Notes under the pieces: model-generated | What the model saw: the letters and a program-made list of their open reading frames with translations, nothing else | The model's database searches: none | Told to the model about the DNA's origin: nothing | Source of the DNA: the human T2T-CHM13v2.0 reference genome, Homo sapiens | Direction: 5' to 3' (one strand) | Assembly (NCBI RefSeq): GCF_009914755.1 | Contig: NC_060937.1 | Length of the DNA: 64,000 bases | Position numbers and translations under genes: made by a program | Shown here: positions 26,131 through 39,723 of the stretch, in pieces | How the letters are laid out: the number at the start of each line of letters is the position of its first letter | Numbering within the stretch: the first letter of the stretch is position 1

Positions 26131-28409
26131 CAGGAAGTACTGCTAGACACCAAGAAAGATGGCTACCACAGCATGTAACCAAAACTCCTTATTTATAGAT
26201 GGGATGTTAGCATTCTGAGACAATAAGTAATTTTAAAACTTCAGAGTTCTAATGAGAATTTACATTTGTGTCTCTTTAACTGCAGCATGCATGGTCTGTC
26301 CACTGTGCCATCCTGCTATTTTAATTTTATGGATATTTATATGATGAATCCTGGCAGTTGGTATTGAATATCAGGACAGAGAATTCATACTGGTTCTCAA
26401 AATATAAGTGTTGGGCAATCTCACTTCTCTTCATAATTGGCAACATTTTACCTAGTGCTACTAAGAATTTCCTGAAGCTCCATCAAAGCAACACTGAATT
26501 GATAGATTTTCCTAAATACGTTAGATTTTATTAATTCAGCAAACAGCCCAAATGCTACTTTTTATTTATTTTATCAATTTTTAATTGCAGTGTGCTTAGC
26601 AATCCCTCTCATTAATAATGTCTCCCTAAAATCTGGGAGACATGTTTGCATTTTATTTTATATTTTTCATAAAAGCCCACTGAGTCCATGGAAGGGTGTA
26701 CATATATACAACATGGCTCAGTCATGATTTTCTGCTTTGTCAGTATTCTTGGCCATGATTAAATAACAAGTAAATGTTATTTTAGGAGATATTTTGGAGA
26801 TTCAGAAAGTATCCAAATGTGTACAAAGGAACTTAATTTTATTCAATGCGTTGTAAGACTCAAGGTTTATAATACTGAAGAGTCTGGAAATATTCATGTA
26901 GACTGGCTTTGCTTGTTCTGGACACCTAAAGTTATTGATCTAATCAGTTTTCTTTCTCAAATTTAACCTATTTGATTTTCATATGAACCACCCAAAATAT
27001 GTTATTTTCCTGTGTGCCTCTTGGGATATTACAACAAATGAACACAGTAATACATAGGCTATTACGCTTTGTGGCATAATCAATAATATAAATAGAACAT
27101 GCTTTAATTTTCTTTTTGAGATATTAGTGGTTACAATTTATTAAGCTACTTATAAGCTTAGATTAACTTTTGCTCTAATTACATGAATTTTCCTTCTGTG
27201 TCTACCATAATGTTGTTTATTGTGCTACTGTGTAAATGAGTGAACAAACATTCCTTTTGTTTTATGAATCTGTTTTATTATACAGACTAGTGTGATTATC
27301 ACTCTTTGACCTAATTGCAAGCCTGCCTTCAAAATAAATTTACCCTATTTTCCAAGTAGATAAAAAGTTCAAATTTTTCATTTGCAAAAAGTCATATTTT
27401 TTCAAGGAATTCAAAAGTTAATGTTATCATAATCCTAAATAGATGAAGCAATGGTGAAGAAAACTGCAGAGCAAATATGAAATGTAATAATGGTCTTCCA
27501 ACAGCTTGCCTTTCAAATTGTTAAGAATTCATTAAACAATGGTTGAGCAGCACTGACAATTAAATTACTCTCATATGAGGTATCTAGCCATATAATGAAT
27601 ATTGCATACTACATAGCTCACATTTCTAAAGGGATGCAGACAACAAACTGGATTTCAGACAATTAACATGAGGCTTAAATTCAGTCTCCAGACACATTAC
27701 ACTCTGTTTCCAAGCAAAAATAATTGGGATGTAACCGTATAAAGAGGGTTAACATTAAAAACGTTAAAGAAAAGAAAAGAGCATAGAATTTGTGGCTGCA
27801 TTATTCTACAGTTTACCACGCTGTGGAATAACTGGGAGGCACGAAGTAGTATTAGTGACTAACCTTACAGAGTTGTAAACATTTTGCACAAATTACACCT
27901 TTTAAAGCCTGCATGATATAAGTAGCTTCCACTCATTTTCCTACAGATGTTTAAAGCAACGGATGAAAGTCAAGCTGCTAGTGTCACAGCTAGGATTGAA
28001 GCTTCTAGTGTTTGGATGTATAACTGCCGCACCATGGATTTTGTGAGACATATAGAGAAGTATCATCCACATTTTTACTACTCAGCCATTTTTTCATATT
28101 TATGTTTAGTGTCCATTTTTCTCCTCAAAAATATAGAAAACTTTCTATTAAGAATACTTGTAAAAAACAAAAAAGAATACTTAACGATGAATCCTTCGTT
28201 TAGAGCTAGTGTATTCACTCATTGGGTAGAGCCCACAGGAAGTTGGGAAAATTAAACAGATAAGCGTAGAGGGCAGTCTTGACCATGGGGCAGAAGTTAT
28301 GGAGAACAAATTTGGTGTCTCTTGTAAGTATCATGTTCTAAAAAATTGTGCCACTGGAGCTACACATTTGGTGTCTCTGCACTTTTCGGTAGTGTGCTTC
28401 GGTTAACAT

Positions 28410-29600
28410 TTTTAAAAGTAAACTTTTTAAAACTTTAGAATAGTTTTATGTTCAGAGAAAAATTGTGAAGATAGTACAGAGTGTTTCTATATTACTCCAC
28501 ATCCTGTCTCCCCTGTTATTAGCATTTTGCATTAGTATGGTATATTTATCACAATTTTAATGGAGAAATATTGATACATTTTCAATATTTGGAGAGACAC
28601 AAACATTTGATATTGATAACTCCTTCTGTTGGCTTTTATGCTCTTTTGACATATTTTCAGCATTGTGGTTTTGTTTTTAGTACATCAAAATGCTCCATAC
28701 TCATTTTGTATATTTCCTGTTCAGTCAGTTAACTTTTAATATTGGTGAATGTTATATTGTAGACCTTAATTTTTAAGAAACGATTTATTTAATGTATAAA
28801 CTGCATATTTTTAAAATGTATGATTATTAACTAAAGTCCATTCTTTATTCAGATTTCTTTAATAATGCCCTTTGTCTGCTTTATGCTATCAGCTAAGATA
28901 CCACATTACATTTAGTTATCATGTGGCTCGAGGCTCTTCTTGGTTATGACAGTTTCTCCAGCTTTCCTTGTTTTTGATGTTCCTGATAATTTAGAGAGTA
29001 ATGGTCAGGTCTTGTAAAATTTTCCTCAATTTGGATTTGTCTTATGCTTTACTTATGATTAACCTGGTGTTACAAGTTGTTAGGAGGAAGACCAGAGGTA
29101 AAGTGCCATTTTCTTTACATCATATCAGCAGTGCATACAATTAATATGACTTATCCATCACTTGTTAAAGCTGTTCTTGCTCACTTGGCTGAGAGAATGT
29201 TCATCAGGTTTCTATACTGTAAATTTCCCTTCTCCTCCACTTCCACACTGTACTCTTTGAAGGTCACTATGCACAGTTCACAAGTTAAGGATAAGGAATT
29301 ATATTCCACCTCCTGAGGGTAGAGAATCTACACAAGTTATTTTGGATTTTTCTGCACAGGAGATTTGTGTTTTCTCCTGTTTATTTATTCAATCATTTAG
29401 TCATCTAAGTATGTGATATTCATTTTATATTTCAGGTTGTAATTCAATCACTATTTTATTTGTTTTATTGTTCCAATTGTTTCATCTTCGATATTGAGAA
29501 CTCCCGTTGACTTCTATGCTCTTTTGACGTATTTTCATCATTGTGGATTTTTCTTTAATACATCAAAATGCTCCAGACTTGTTTTTATATTTCCTGTCCA
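28410..29600 (-). mobile_element. L1MC4-like 3'UTR carrying an inserted duplicate segment
   Basis: 'ttttatgttcagagaaaaattgtgaagatagtacagag', 'atattgatacatt|...|attattaactaaagtcca', 'agaccagaggtaaagtgccatttt'. Confidence 0.75.
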
Positions 29601-29701
29601 ATCAGTTAATTTTTAATGTTGGTGAGTGTTATACCAAAAATCTTAATCTTTAAGAAATGATTTATTTAATACATAAACTGCATATTTTTAAAGTTTATGA
29701 T
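28604..29701 (+). repeat. Diverged direct repeat of about 220 bp (28604-28824 and 29483-29701)
   Basis: Collinear shared words: gatattga, atgctcttttgac, tacatcaaaatgctcca, tatatttcctgt, tcagttaa, tttaagaaa.gatttatttaat, taaactgcatatttttaaa. Confidence 0.9.
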
Positions 29702-30750
29702 CTGGGAAGCTTTGAAATATGCATGCACATGTTAAAACATTACCGCAATCAAAATAGTGATCTTAGCCATCACTGACTAAAATTTCCTCAAGCTCCATTG
29801 TAATCCTTTCCTCCTTCCACTTCCTTCTTTCTCTCTCAATTTTTCCACGCAAATATTGTTTTGCTTTCTGTCACTACAATTAGTAATGAATTCTCTACAA
29901 TTTTATTTAAACATAATTACATATTATATACTTTCTTGTAATTTTTTTCACTCAGCATAGTTTATTTGGATTTTCATCCATGTGTTTTCTGTATAAACAG
30001 TTACTTTTTTAAATTGGTGAATAGGATTCAATTTTATGTATATATCAAGAATTTTTTTCCATTCACCTCTTGATGGACTTTTGCATTGTTTCCAAAATTT
30101 TGTTTTTACAAATGAAGCTGTTCTAAATATTTGTGTACATATGCTTTCATTTCTGTTGAATAAATATCTAAGAATGAAATAACTACTTCACATGATAGAT
30201 GTGTGTTTAACTTTTAAGAAACTGCTAACTGCTTTTCAAAGTCGCACTGTTTTCAACTTCTAGCCACAGAGTGTAAAAATGCTGATTGATCTGTGTTCTC
30301 AGCAATGCTTTTTATATTGTCATCTGATAGCTTCTTGGCCAATGTTTGCTTAAATTCTTAGCATTTTAAAATTAGATTATTGCTTTTTTATTATTGAGAG
30401 TTATTTATACATTCGGGATACAAATCATTTATCAGATACTAATTTGTAAATATTTTTTCTCAGTCTGTAACTTTTCTTTCATTTTCTTAGTGTCTTATGA
30501 AAATCAGAATTTCTTTTTCTGGTGAAGTCTGATTTGTCAATTTTTAAATGGAATATGGCTTTTGCTTTGTATCTAAGAGACATTTTTCAATCCGGTTTCA
30601 CAAGGATAGCCTGCTACGTCATCTCCTAGAAGTTCATAATTTTAACTGTAGCATTTAGCTCTATGATCCATTTTGAATTAACTTCAGTGAAAAATATGGG
30701 TTGAGGTTAATTTTTTTTTTTTTTTTGCATAGGGATATACAAGGGTTCAT
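29660..30750 (-). mobile_element. Old L1M (MD/ME-like) 3' region
   Basis: 'tgctttctgtcactac', 'ttcactcagcata', 'cattcacctcttgatggac', 'ctatgatccattttgaattaa'. Confidence 0.75.
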
Positions 30751-30753
30751 CAC

Positions 30754-30936
30754 TGCTATGATTTAAATGTTTATGTCTCTGCAAAACTCATATGTTAAAG
30801 CCTAACCCCCAAAATTATTGTATTGAGTGGTAGGGACTTTGGAAAGTGATTAGGCAATGAAAGTGGAGCCCACATAAATCGGATTAGGTGCCAGTATAAA
30901 GGAGGCTTGAAGTAGCCTTTTTGCCCCTTCCACTAT
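30754..30936 (+). mobile_element. MLT1A-type MaLR LTR, 5' half
   Basis: 'tgctatgatttaaatgtttatgtc...tcatatgttaaagcctaaccccc...gtgattagg...gtggagccc'. Confidence 0.8.
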
Positions 30937-32229
30937 CTGCTCCCACAATCCATTTATCTCGATGAAAATGATGTATCTTGTAGAACACATTTTAATAGAC
31001 ACAGTTTTGTTGTATCTTACTAGTACAAAAATAGTTCAGTGTAGCTAAATATTATAATCAAAATATACAACATGTCACTATTTTTTCTTGATAATTTAAA
31101 ATCTTAATAGAACCCAATATCTATCAAACACTTTAATTTTTATAGTAGAAACTAAATATCTACTTCAAATATTTACTACTTACTATACATAGCCATTTTA
31201 TTAGGTTTTAAATTTTAATAGTGACAGGTATATAAAAAGCACATGTAAAAAATTATAATCTTATTTTTATTACATTTTCAAAACATTGACATTTAAAGCC
31301 ATTCTTTTTTTATTTTTAGTTCAACTCAACTATCACTTAGAGATTAACTATTATGTTCCAGTAACTGAATTAAGGTTCTGGGGATACCTGTCGATATATA
31401 AATCACTGAGTCCTTCTTTGGGAAGTTCACAGTGGACAGAAGATGATGGATCATATATATGATAAATGTACTATTACAATAGCTCCCAAACTTATATCCA
31501 CATTTTCACTGAAAACAATGTTAACTTTCTAAAATAGACATTTGATCATGGCATTCACACCATCAAAATAGTTTAGTATTCTTCTAAAGGATCACATTGC
31601 AACTCCTTTACTACAATTTTATGCCTTTCATTGTTGGCCATTAGTATATTTCAGCCTGATTTGTCTCTCTGTCATCCTTCCAATATTCTCTACATCTAGA
31701 CATTTGTGATTTTTCTATATTTCTCTGTTCTATCTTATACTGAAAGTATTAGAACTCATTAAAATTGTGAGGCATGTGTCTAAGATCAACAGTTCTTAAA
31801 TGAAAAATCGGACGGATATTCAGAGAACTATCACCTTAAAGTTGTAAGCTGTGAGGTTGTTTTATTGAGCTAGTCTAACCACCCCTGATTTGAGTCTGGT
31901 TGCTTTCACATAGATTATATACTTAGTACAGCTCAATTATACCAGAATGTCACCTCAGTTTTGGTGATTTCAAAGAAAAATTTTACAAATCTATAAGACA
32001 TGACCGAAATTCATCTTAGTTTTAAAATGACTGTATACTATTATGCTAATTTAAATTTTATAAAACTGAAAGAGCCACATCACAAGATTTTCTCTATGTT
32101 TAACAAAATTAAATATAAAAGGACTCCAATATTAAAGCATAATTCTATACAAAATAAACACAAAATGTACAACACAACTTGTAGAAATAAAAAAGTGTAA
32201 TTTTAAAAATTAAGTACTAAATGGTATAA

Positions 32230-33120
32230 AAGTAAAAATACATTAGAAATGACTGAAAATCAAATTACTTTTACAGAACTGCAAATGAAGCCAACTAAAA
32301 GAGAGATATATTAAAAATACAAAACAGAGGTTAAAAGAAAAAAATGAAAGATTGAGAAAGTTAATTATGTTTGAAAATATTTCTGGAATGAAATATAAAA
32401 GAAATGTGATAGAGACAGTATTAAAATAAAAATTTATAGATAATTTCCCAGGATGGAAAAAAAAACACATAATTTTTCAAAATCAGGACACAAAGTATGC
32501 ACTCTAAAAGACAAACAACACTCAGTCAGATGAAATACAAAAATAAGTTTGTAACAGCAATAAAAAAGAAAGGACAGCATTACCCCTGGTAATCAGTAAT
32601 TACACTGACATGTGGCTATCCACAACAACAACAGAGCCAAATGATAATACAACACAAGAAAATAGCAATAATCTAAAACTTATAAAACAATAATGTAGGT
32701 TATATGTGTGTATATATGTTAATATATAGACACTACATATATAGTGAGAGACACAAGAGTGAATCTTTATCATTAATAGACCTTCACTGTAGGAAGTAAA
32801 ATTGTGTGCAATTTAGAAAGAAGAAAACTTTACCTTGAAAATGGAGTAAGATGCAAGTAGTGATTTAAAAAAAAAAAAAACCTAAGCAAATGTAAAATAA
32901 GCATGATAATGCAGTAGTAATTATAATGGCAAATCTGTGTGGTATAAGACAAGGCAGAAGTACATTATTGAATTAAGATAACATTTAAAAAGATTGCATT
33001 TTAACATCATTTTATTGATTAAATTTAGATTATGTAAAATTAAGCAGTGAAAATAAAACTGTGTAACTGTCAAAAGAAAATAATTAGAATACATAGTTTT
33101 CAGCCAAATGAAGAAATAAA
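32230..33120 (+). mobile_element. Very old L1M/HAL1-like ORF1-region fragment
   Basis: Strongly A-rich plus strand with 'ataatttcccagga'; weak similarity only. Confidence 0.35.
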
Positions 33121-33146
33121 AATGTGTTTTAAAAACTTTATTATGC

Positions 33147-33482
33147 AGGTGGGCCCAATCTAATTGCATGATTCCTTAAAGGTAGAGACTTGAACAGGTT
33201 GTGGAGAAGCAAACATACAATAGCATGAGAAGTACTTGGTCCTCTGTTACTATCTTTTAGGATTGAAGAAGGGGCCATGAGCTGAAGAATGCAGCTGATT
33301 TCTCAAACCTGGGAAAGGCAATTAAATGCAAAGCCTCCAGAAAGGAATATGTCAGACTTTGATTTTAGTCCACTGAGACTTTTTTAGGACTTCTGACCAC
33401 CATAACTGTAATATAAAATTGTATTGTTTTAAGCCACTAAATTTGTGGTAATTTGTCATGGCAGCAATAGAAAACTAAGAGT
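33147..33482 (+). mobile_element. MLT1D-type MaLR LTR, 3' part
   Basis: 'gggcccaatctaat', 'aggggccatgagc', 'gcctccagaaagga', 'gttttaagccactaaatttgtggtaatttgtcatggcagcaatagaaaactaa'. Confidence 0.85.
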
Positions 33483-33505
33483 GATTGTAACAAATAAACA
33501 CTTCA

Positions 33506-33900
33506 TAATATGGTTTGGATGTTTTGTCCCCTCCAAATCTCATGTTGAAACATGATCCCCAATATTGGAGGTGGGGCCTGGTGAGAGACACTAGGGTCAT
33601 GGGAACGAATCCCTCATGAAAGGCTTGGTGCCATCCTCATGACAATGAGTGAGTTAAGTGAGTTCTTAACTGCAACTTCTACTCTCTCTTGCTCCCTGTC
33701 TCTCCATGTCACATGCCTGTTCCCCTTTTGCCTTCTGCCATTATTGGAAGCTCCCTGAGGCCCTCACCAGAAACTAAGCACGTTTCATTGACATGCTTCC
33801 TATATAGCCTGCAGAACCGTGAGCCAAAGTAAACTTCTCTTCTTTATAAATTACTCAGCCTCTGGTATTCCTTTATAGGAACGCAAAGTGGACTAACACA
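33506..33900 (+). mobile_element. MST-type (MSTB/D-like) MaLR solo LTR
   Basis: 'atatggtttggatgttttgtcccctccaaatctcatgttgaa' to 'ctttataaattactcagcctctggtattcctttatag...ggactaacaca'. Confidence 0.9.
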
Positions 33901-34169
33901 ATTGGTGATTTAATAAATCCCCACCACCAACGACAAACCAAAAGCCATACACAATTATAAAATGTAATTTTAAAAGAAGGTATTGTTTATTAACATTGCC
34001 AAGACAGACGAAGTAGAAAGGAATAATCTCATAAGACATAAAGAAGTCCTTGTAGAAACATTGCTTTTGGGATTGCAAGGTCTCTTTGAAGAAACTTTGG
34101 AAATATCTAATAAATGTGCTCACACATATGCTCTAAATTCCAGCACTTTTTTTTCAAGTGCCTAAGTGG

Positions 34170-35900
34170 AGTTCTGAAATCTGAATTAGTTCTATGAAGG
34201 AAGAAGGTGGGAAGAAGAAGCTTCCTAAGGAGGGAAGAGGATTCCTTTTGGAAATGCCAGGTGGAGGGGAAAAGCATGATTTGTTCAAGAAATTGAAAAA
34301 AGCCTTTCTCCTTGGTGCTGGAGAGCAAAGCTTAAGTTTGTAGGGAACCTGAAGCCAGATTTTACAAACATTTTATCAATCCAAGTTTTGAATTGCAGCT
34401 CATATTTTTCATGTAGTGCAAAGACATAGGCAGGTTTAAATAAGTGAATGGCCTGAAAAAATTTGCATTTTTTAAATATCTAGAAGGTTGCTCTATGGCT
34501 TGAAGGGGCTGACAATATTGAAAGCATCAGACTCTTTGCCTTAATCTAATCATTCATTTAGTTATTCCAGTCTAGACAAAAGTCCCTCAAAGAGCTTTCG
34601 TTTTACTGTAAAAGGAGACAGATATGAACAGTTGAACATAACATACACCTCTTTAGGTGGCAGTAAATGCAAAGGGGGATACAAAGTCTAGGGGGCAGGG
34701 TGGTAAGGAAAGGCCTTGTTGATAAAGTGACATTTCAGTAGGAAATGGAAGAATGTGAGAGTGAAAAAATGATTGCATTGTGTGTGTTGGGGGTGCTTCT
34801 CAACAGGTTGGTTTTAAATTTTCTTTCTTTTTATTTTTAAGCTAAGAAATATTGGAATATACTGTACTTGAAAGGACTGAGTGTGTGGGGGTAGCAGTGA
34901 GTCATAGTTATAGGTAATCCCTTTACTTTTATTTTCTGGAATTCTCTGCTTTTTTAATTTCTGGCTTTTAAGGAAAGCTGTTCTCCAAGAGCACTCTTCA
35001 CCTTCATCCCATGCCTTCTTCCCAGTCTAATTCATCAGACTTCAGTTCTCATTTTCAATATCATTTTCTCCAGGTCTTTCTAGACTTTTAGACAATGATG
35101 TTTGCTTGGTCTATGCACTTACTTCAGACCTTGTACTTCTCTTTCATGACCCTCATCACAGTTTATTGTAATGACTTTTTTTCCTTCTCTGCTGTGATAG
35201 CTGTGAAGAACTGAATAAATAAATGACAAAAGAGCTTCTTTATGAATTGAAAGAAAAGCCTTTCTGTAACTTACAGCATTTAAAATATGTTTACTGGGAG
35301 TAATATATTCTGTAGGTACCCTTCATGCTACTTTGAATTAATTTGTTCAATAGTCATTCAGCAATTACTTATTGATTGTCCGCAGTGTACCAGGCTCCAT
35401 GACCAATGTTGTGTTTTTAATGGTGCATAAGATAAATATGGCTTCTTTGCTTATACAGCTTCTTAGAATTTAGTAAGAAAAGGTAAATATTCTTAACAGC
35501 TACTGATAGTATGCTTACATTTGACAGAAAAACCATGAAGTGTTTTGATTCAGCAAACCAATGTGAAGGTTTACTCTCTTGACAAGCACTGAGGCTGAAA
35601 TAACATAGATGGATGAGACTCTGCTCTTGCCCTAGAGAACTCATAATCTATCAGAAGATATTGACTGCAGAGCTTGAATGAATGAACTGTAGCCTGATTG
35701 TGTGACCTGAGTCTGTGGGAGCACAAAGAAAGAAGCAATGTTGTCTATCTGAGGCTTTAGAATAATTCACAAGGAAAGCTATTTGTTACCTGAGCCCATA
35801 ACTAATTTGCTAACTAAGATCTCCCCAGGACATTCTAGTGAAAGATAGCATGAGTCAAGGACGGCAGGTAGACAAGTTCAGTGACTTTTCAGAATTATAA
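34170..35900. mobile_element. Cluster of diverged L2 fragments in both orientations
   Basis: 'tcattcagcaattacttattga..gtccgcagtgtaccagg', 'ggtaaggaaaggcct...aagtgacattt', 'ttgccctagagaactcataatcta'. Confidence 0.55.
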
Positions 35901-36609
35901 ACCAGCCTTAATAACCATTAAATATTAATTTAGGAAACAACATCATATTATCAAAAATGTGGAAATGTCTAAGATATAGTGAGAGTTGCTATGGGAATGA
36001 CACCCTTAAAATTTGGATTGCAGGTGAAGCTATTTCTCTATTTCAGCCTTTTTATAAAATGATGTAAGAGTTACAATTTTCAATATACAACTCAAAGAAA
36101 TAATTACCTCTTCTGCAAATTAGTAAGTACATGTAATTTTGCATTTTAAAAATCTCCTTAAAAGCAACTACTCTATTATATTCTTTCATTAATTGCCATA
36201 AATTAATTTAACCCAAAGCCAATTTACACACATCCTTCTTCTAGCATCAGTCATAATTGTATTTATTCCATTTCATTTAGAATATTTAACTCTTCAGAGC
36301 CTACTTACCTATTAAAACAGGCAAGTGGAGCACATTTACTTCTGTGGCACAAAGTACAAATTAATGCCAAATTGTGTTTATTTGTGCAATTTGCATTATT
36401 CTTTAGAATTCATAATCTTTTATTAGATTCTCAAAGGGCATCAAGACCCATTAAAGGCTCAAAAGCACTTGAAATTCTTTCTTTTTGCATTTTCCAATTC
36501 TTTACATTCATTAAATGTTAGTTCATTAGTAACATGTTCATTCATTAGCAAAATGTTGTCATGAACAAATTATAAATTATTTAAAAATATTTGTCTTATA
36601 TAAAAAAAG

Positions 36610-39600
36610 AAAAATGTAGGATTTATCCCAGCTATACACAGCTGAATTGACATTCAAAAGCCAATTAATGTAATCCGTCATGTCAATAGGTTAAAAAAAT
36701 CACATGATCATATCAATAAATGCAAAAAATGAATCTAACAAATTCCAACACTTAACTCTTGATTAAAAAACTCTCAGTAAACTAGGAATATAAGTGAACT
36801 TCAATGTGGTAAAGAATAAGTGCAAAATTCCTATTGCTAACTTCATACTTAATGGTGATAAATGTGAAGCATTCCTAGTAAGATTAGGAACAAGTATAGA
36901 ATGTCACCCCCATCACTGCTTTTTAGCATCATTCTGGAAGTACTAATGCAATAAGACAAGAAAAGAAAACAACAAGTATACCAATTGAGAAGGAAAACAT
37001 AAAACTTTTCTCACAGATGACATGACTGTCTATGTAGAAATCTAAAAGAATTTATGAAAACTTATAAAACCAATAACCAATTATAACAAATTGTAGGACA
37101 CAAGGTTAATATGCAAAAGTCAATCACTTTCCTCACCAACAATGAAAAAGTATATTTTGATACTAAAAACATGATACCACTTACATTCTTAAGTATAACA
37201 AACTAAAAACACAATACCACTTACATTCTTAATTATATCAAAAAGTTTGTAAAAGAAACTATAAAACTTTGATAAATAAACAAAAAACTAAATAAATGTA
37301 GAGATTTTCCATGTTCATGGATAGAAAGTCTCAATATCATCAAGATGGCAGTTCTTTCCAACTTGATCTATAAATTCAATGCAATCTCAACCAAAACCCT
37401 AGTGAGGCATTTTTGGATATTCACAACCTAACTCTAAAGTTTATATGGAGAGGTAAGAGACTCAGAATATCAAACAAAATATTAAAGGAGAATAACAAAG
37501 TTGGAGAACTGACACTACCCAATTCCAGGCTTACTCTAAAGCTACAGAAATTAAGACAGCATGATACTGGCAAGAGAAGAGACAAATAAATCAATGGAAC
37601 ACAACGAAGAACCTAGAAATAGACTCATAAATCTAGTCAACTGATCTTTGACAAAGGAGCAAAGACAGTACAATGAAGCAAATATGATCTGTTCAACAAA
37701 TGCTGCTGGAACAAGTAGACATCTGCATGTCAAATAAGGCAAAACAAGGAATCTAGACACCACAAACCTTACACTCTTCACAAAAATTAATTCAAAACAT
37801 ATCGTAGGCCTATGTGTAAAACATGAAAGTATACAACTCTTAGAAAACAACATAGGAGAAAACCTTGGGTATGATAAGACTTTTTAGATATAACAGCAAA
37901 AACATAATCATGAAAGAATCAATAAGCTAGACTTTATTAAAATCAAAAATTTCTTCTCTGTGAAAAACAGTGCTAAGAGAACGAAAAGACAATCTACACT
38001 GTGGAATAAAATATTTTCAAAAGACACATCTGATAAAGGATTGTTATCCAAAATATATGAAGAACTCCTAAAACTCAACAATAAGGAAACGATCTAATTT
38101 AAAAATAAGCAAAAACCTTAGCAGGCACCTCATCAAGGAAGATTACAGATTACAAATAAGTATATGAAAATCTGTTCCTCATTATATGTCTTCTGGGAAA
38201 TACAAATTAAAACAGTGAGAGATACCACTGCACATTTATTAGAATAGCCAAAATCTGGAACACTGACAATACCAAATGCTGGCAATGATGTACAATAACA
38301 GGAATTCTCAATCATTTCTTGTGGGAATGCAAAATAATACAGATCCTTTGGAAGACAATTTTGTGGTTTATAAACAAAACTAAACATATGAAGGGGTGGG
38401 TTGCCCCTCCACCTGTGGGTTTTTCTCGTTAGGTGGAACAAGAGACTTGGAAAAGAGACACAGAGACAAAGTATAGAGAAAGAAAAAGGGGGCCCAGGAG
38501 ACCGGCGTTCAATACACGGAGGATCCCACCGGCCTGAGTTCCCTCAATATTTATCCATCATTATTGGGTGTTTCTCGGAGAGGGGGATGTGGCAGGGTCA
38601 TAGGATAATAGTGGAGAGGAGTTCAGCAGGTAGACACGTGAACAAAGGTCTCTGCATCATAAACAAGGTAAAGAATTAAGTGCTGTGCTTTAGATATGTA
38701 TACACATAAACAGCTCAATGCCTTAAAGAGCAGTATTGCTGCCCGCATGTCCCACCTCCAGCCCTAAGGCGGTTTTCCCCTATCTCAGTAGATGGAATAT
38801 ACAATCGGGTTTTACACTGAGACATTCCATTGCCCAGGGACTAGCAGGAGACAGATGCCTTCCTCTTGTCTCAACTGCAAGGAGGCGTTCCTTCCTCTTT
38901 TACTAATCCTCCTCAGCACAGACCATTTATGGGTGTCGGGCTGGGGGACGGTCAGGTCTTTCCCTTTGCACGAGGCCATATCTCAGGCTATCACGTGGGG
39001 AGAAGCCTTGGACAATACCTGGCTTTCCTAGGCAGAGGTCCCTGCGGCCTTCCACAGTGTTTTGTGTCCCTGGGTACTTGAGATTAGGGAGTGATGATGA
39101 CTCTTAACAATCATGCTGCCTTCAAGCATTTGTTTAACAAAGCACAACTTGCACAGCCCTTAATCCATTTAACCCTGAGTTGACACAGCACATGTTTCAG
39201 GGAGCACAGGGTTGGGGGTAGGGTTACAGGTTAACAGCATCTCAAGGCAGAAGAATTTTTCTTAGTACAGAACAAAATGGAGTCTACTATGTCTACTTCT
39301 TTCTACACAGACACAGTAACAATCTGATCTCTGTTTCTTTTCCCCACAAACATACTCTTACCATAAAATCCAGCAATCAACTTCTTGGTATTTACCCAAA
39401 GGAGATGATTATTTATGTCCACACAAAAACCTACACACAGATGTTTATAGCAGCTTTATTCATAATTGCCAAAAGTTGGAAGCAACGACAATATTCTTCA
39501 GTAGGTCAATGGATAATACTGTGGTGTATCTGGATAATGGAATTATTATTCAGCACAAAAGAAGTGGAACATCAAGCCACGAAAAGACTGGGAGGAACCT

Positions 39601-39723
39601 TAAATGCATATTACTAGGTGAAAGAAACCAGTCTGAAAAGGCTATATTATGTATGATTCCAACTATATGGCACTTTATAAAAGACAAAACTATGAAGACA
39701 GCAAAAAGATCAATGCTCACCAG
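36610..39723 (+). mobile_element. L1MC1-like LINE (ORF2 3' half and 3'UTR), split by LTR5B and truncated at LTR7
   Basis: A-rich ORF2 remnants (ORF 39405-39617 'TYTQMFIAALFIIAKSWKQ'); 3'UTR 'ggaggaaccttaaatgcatattactaggtgaaagaa...tgtatgattccaactatat'. Confidence 0.88.
38389..39348 (-). mobile_element. HERV-K(HML-2) solo LTR, LTR5B-like, 960 bp
   Basis: Reverse complement begins tgtggggaaaagaaacagagatcagattgttactgtgtctgtgtagaaagaagtagacatag and ends ggggcaacccaccccttca; perfect 6-bp TSD aacata (38383-38388, 39349-39354). Confidence 0.95.

Noticed and set aside
27947-28255. 102-aa ORF following a good splice acceptor
   Set aside because: No recognisable domain; composition typical of random AT-rich DNA
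38389-39348. SVA element (SINE-R similarity)
   Set aside because: Complete TG...CA LTR with a 6-bp TSD; no VNTR, hexamer or poly(A) tail
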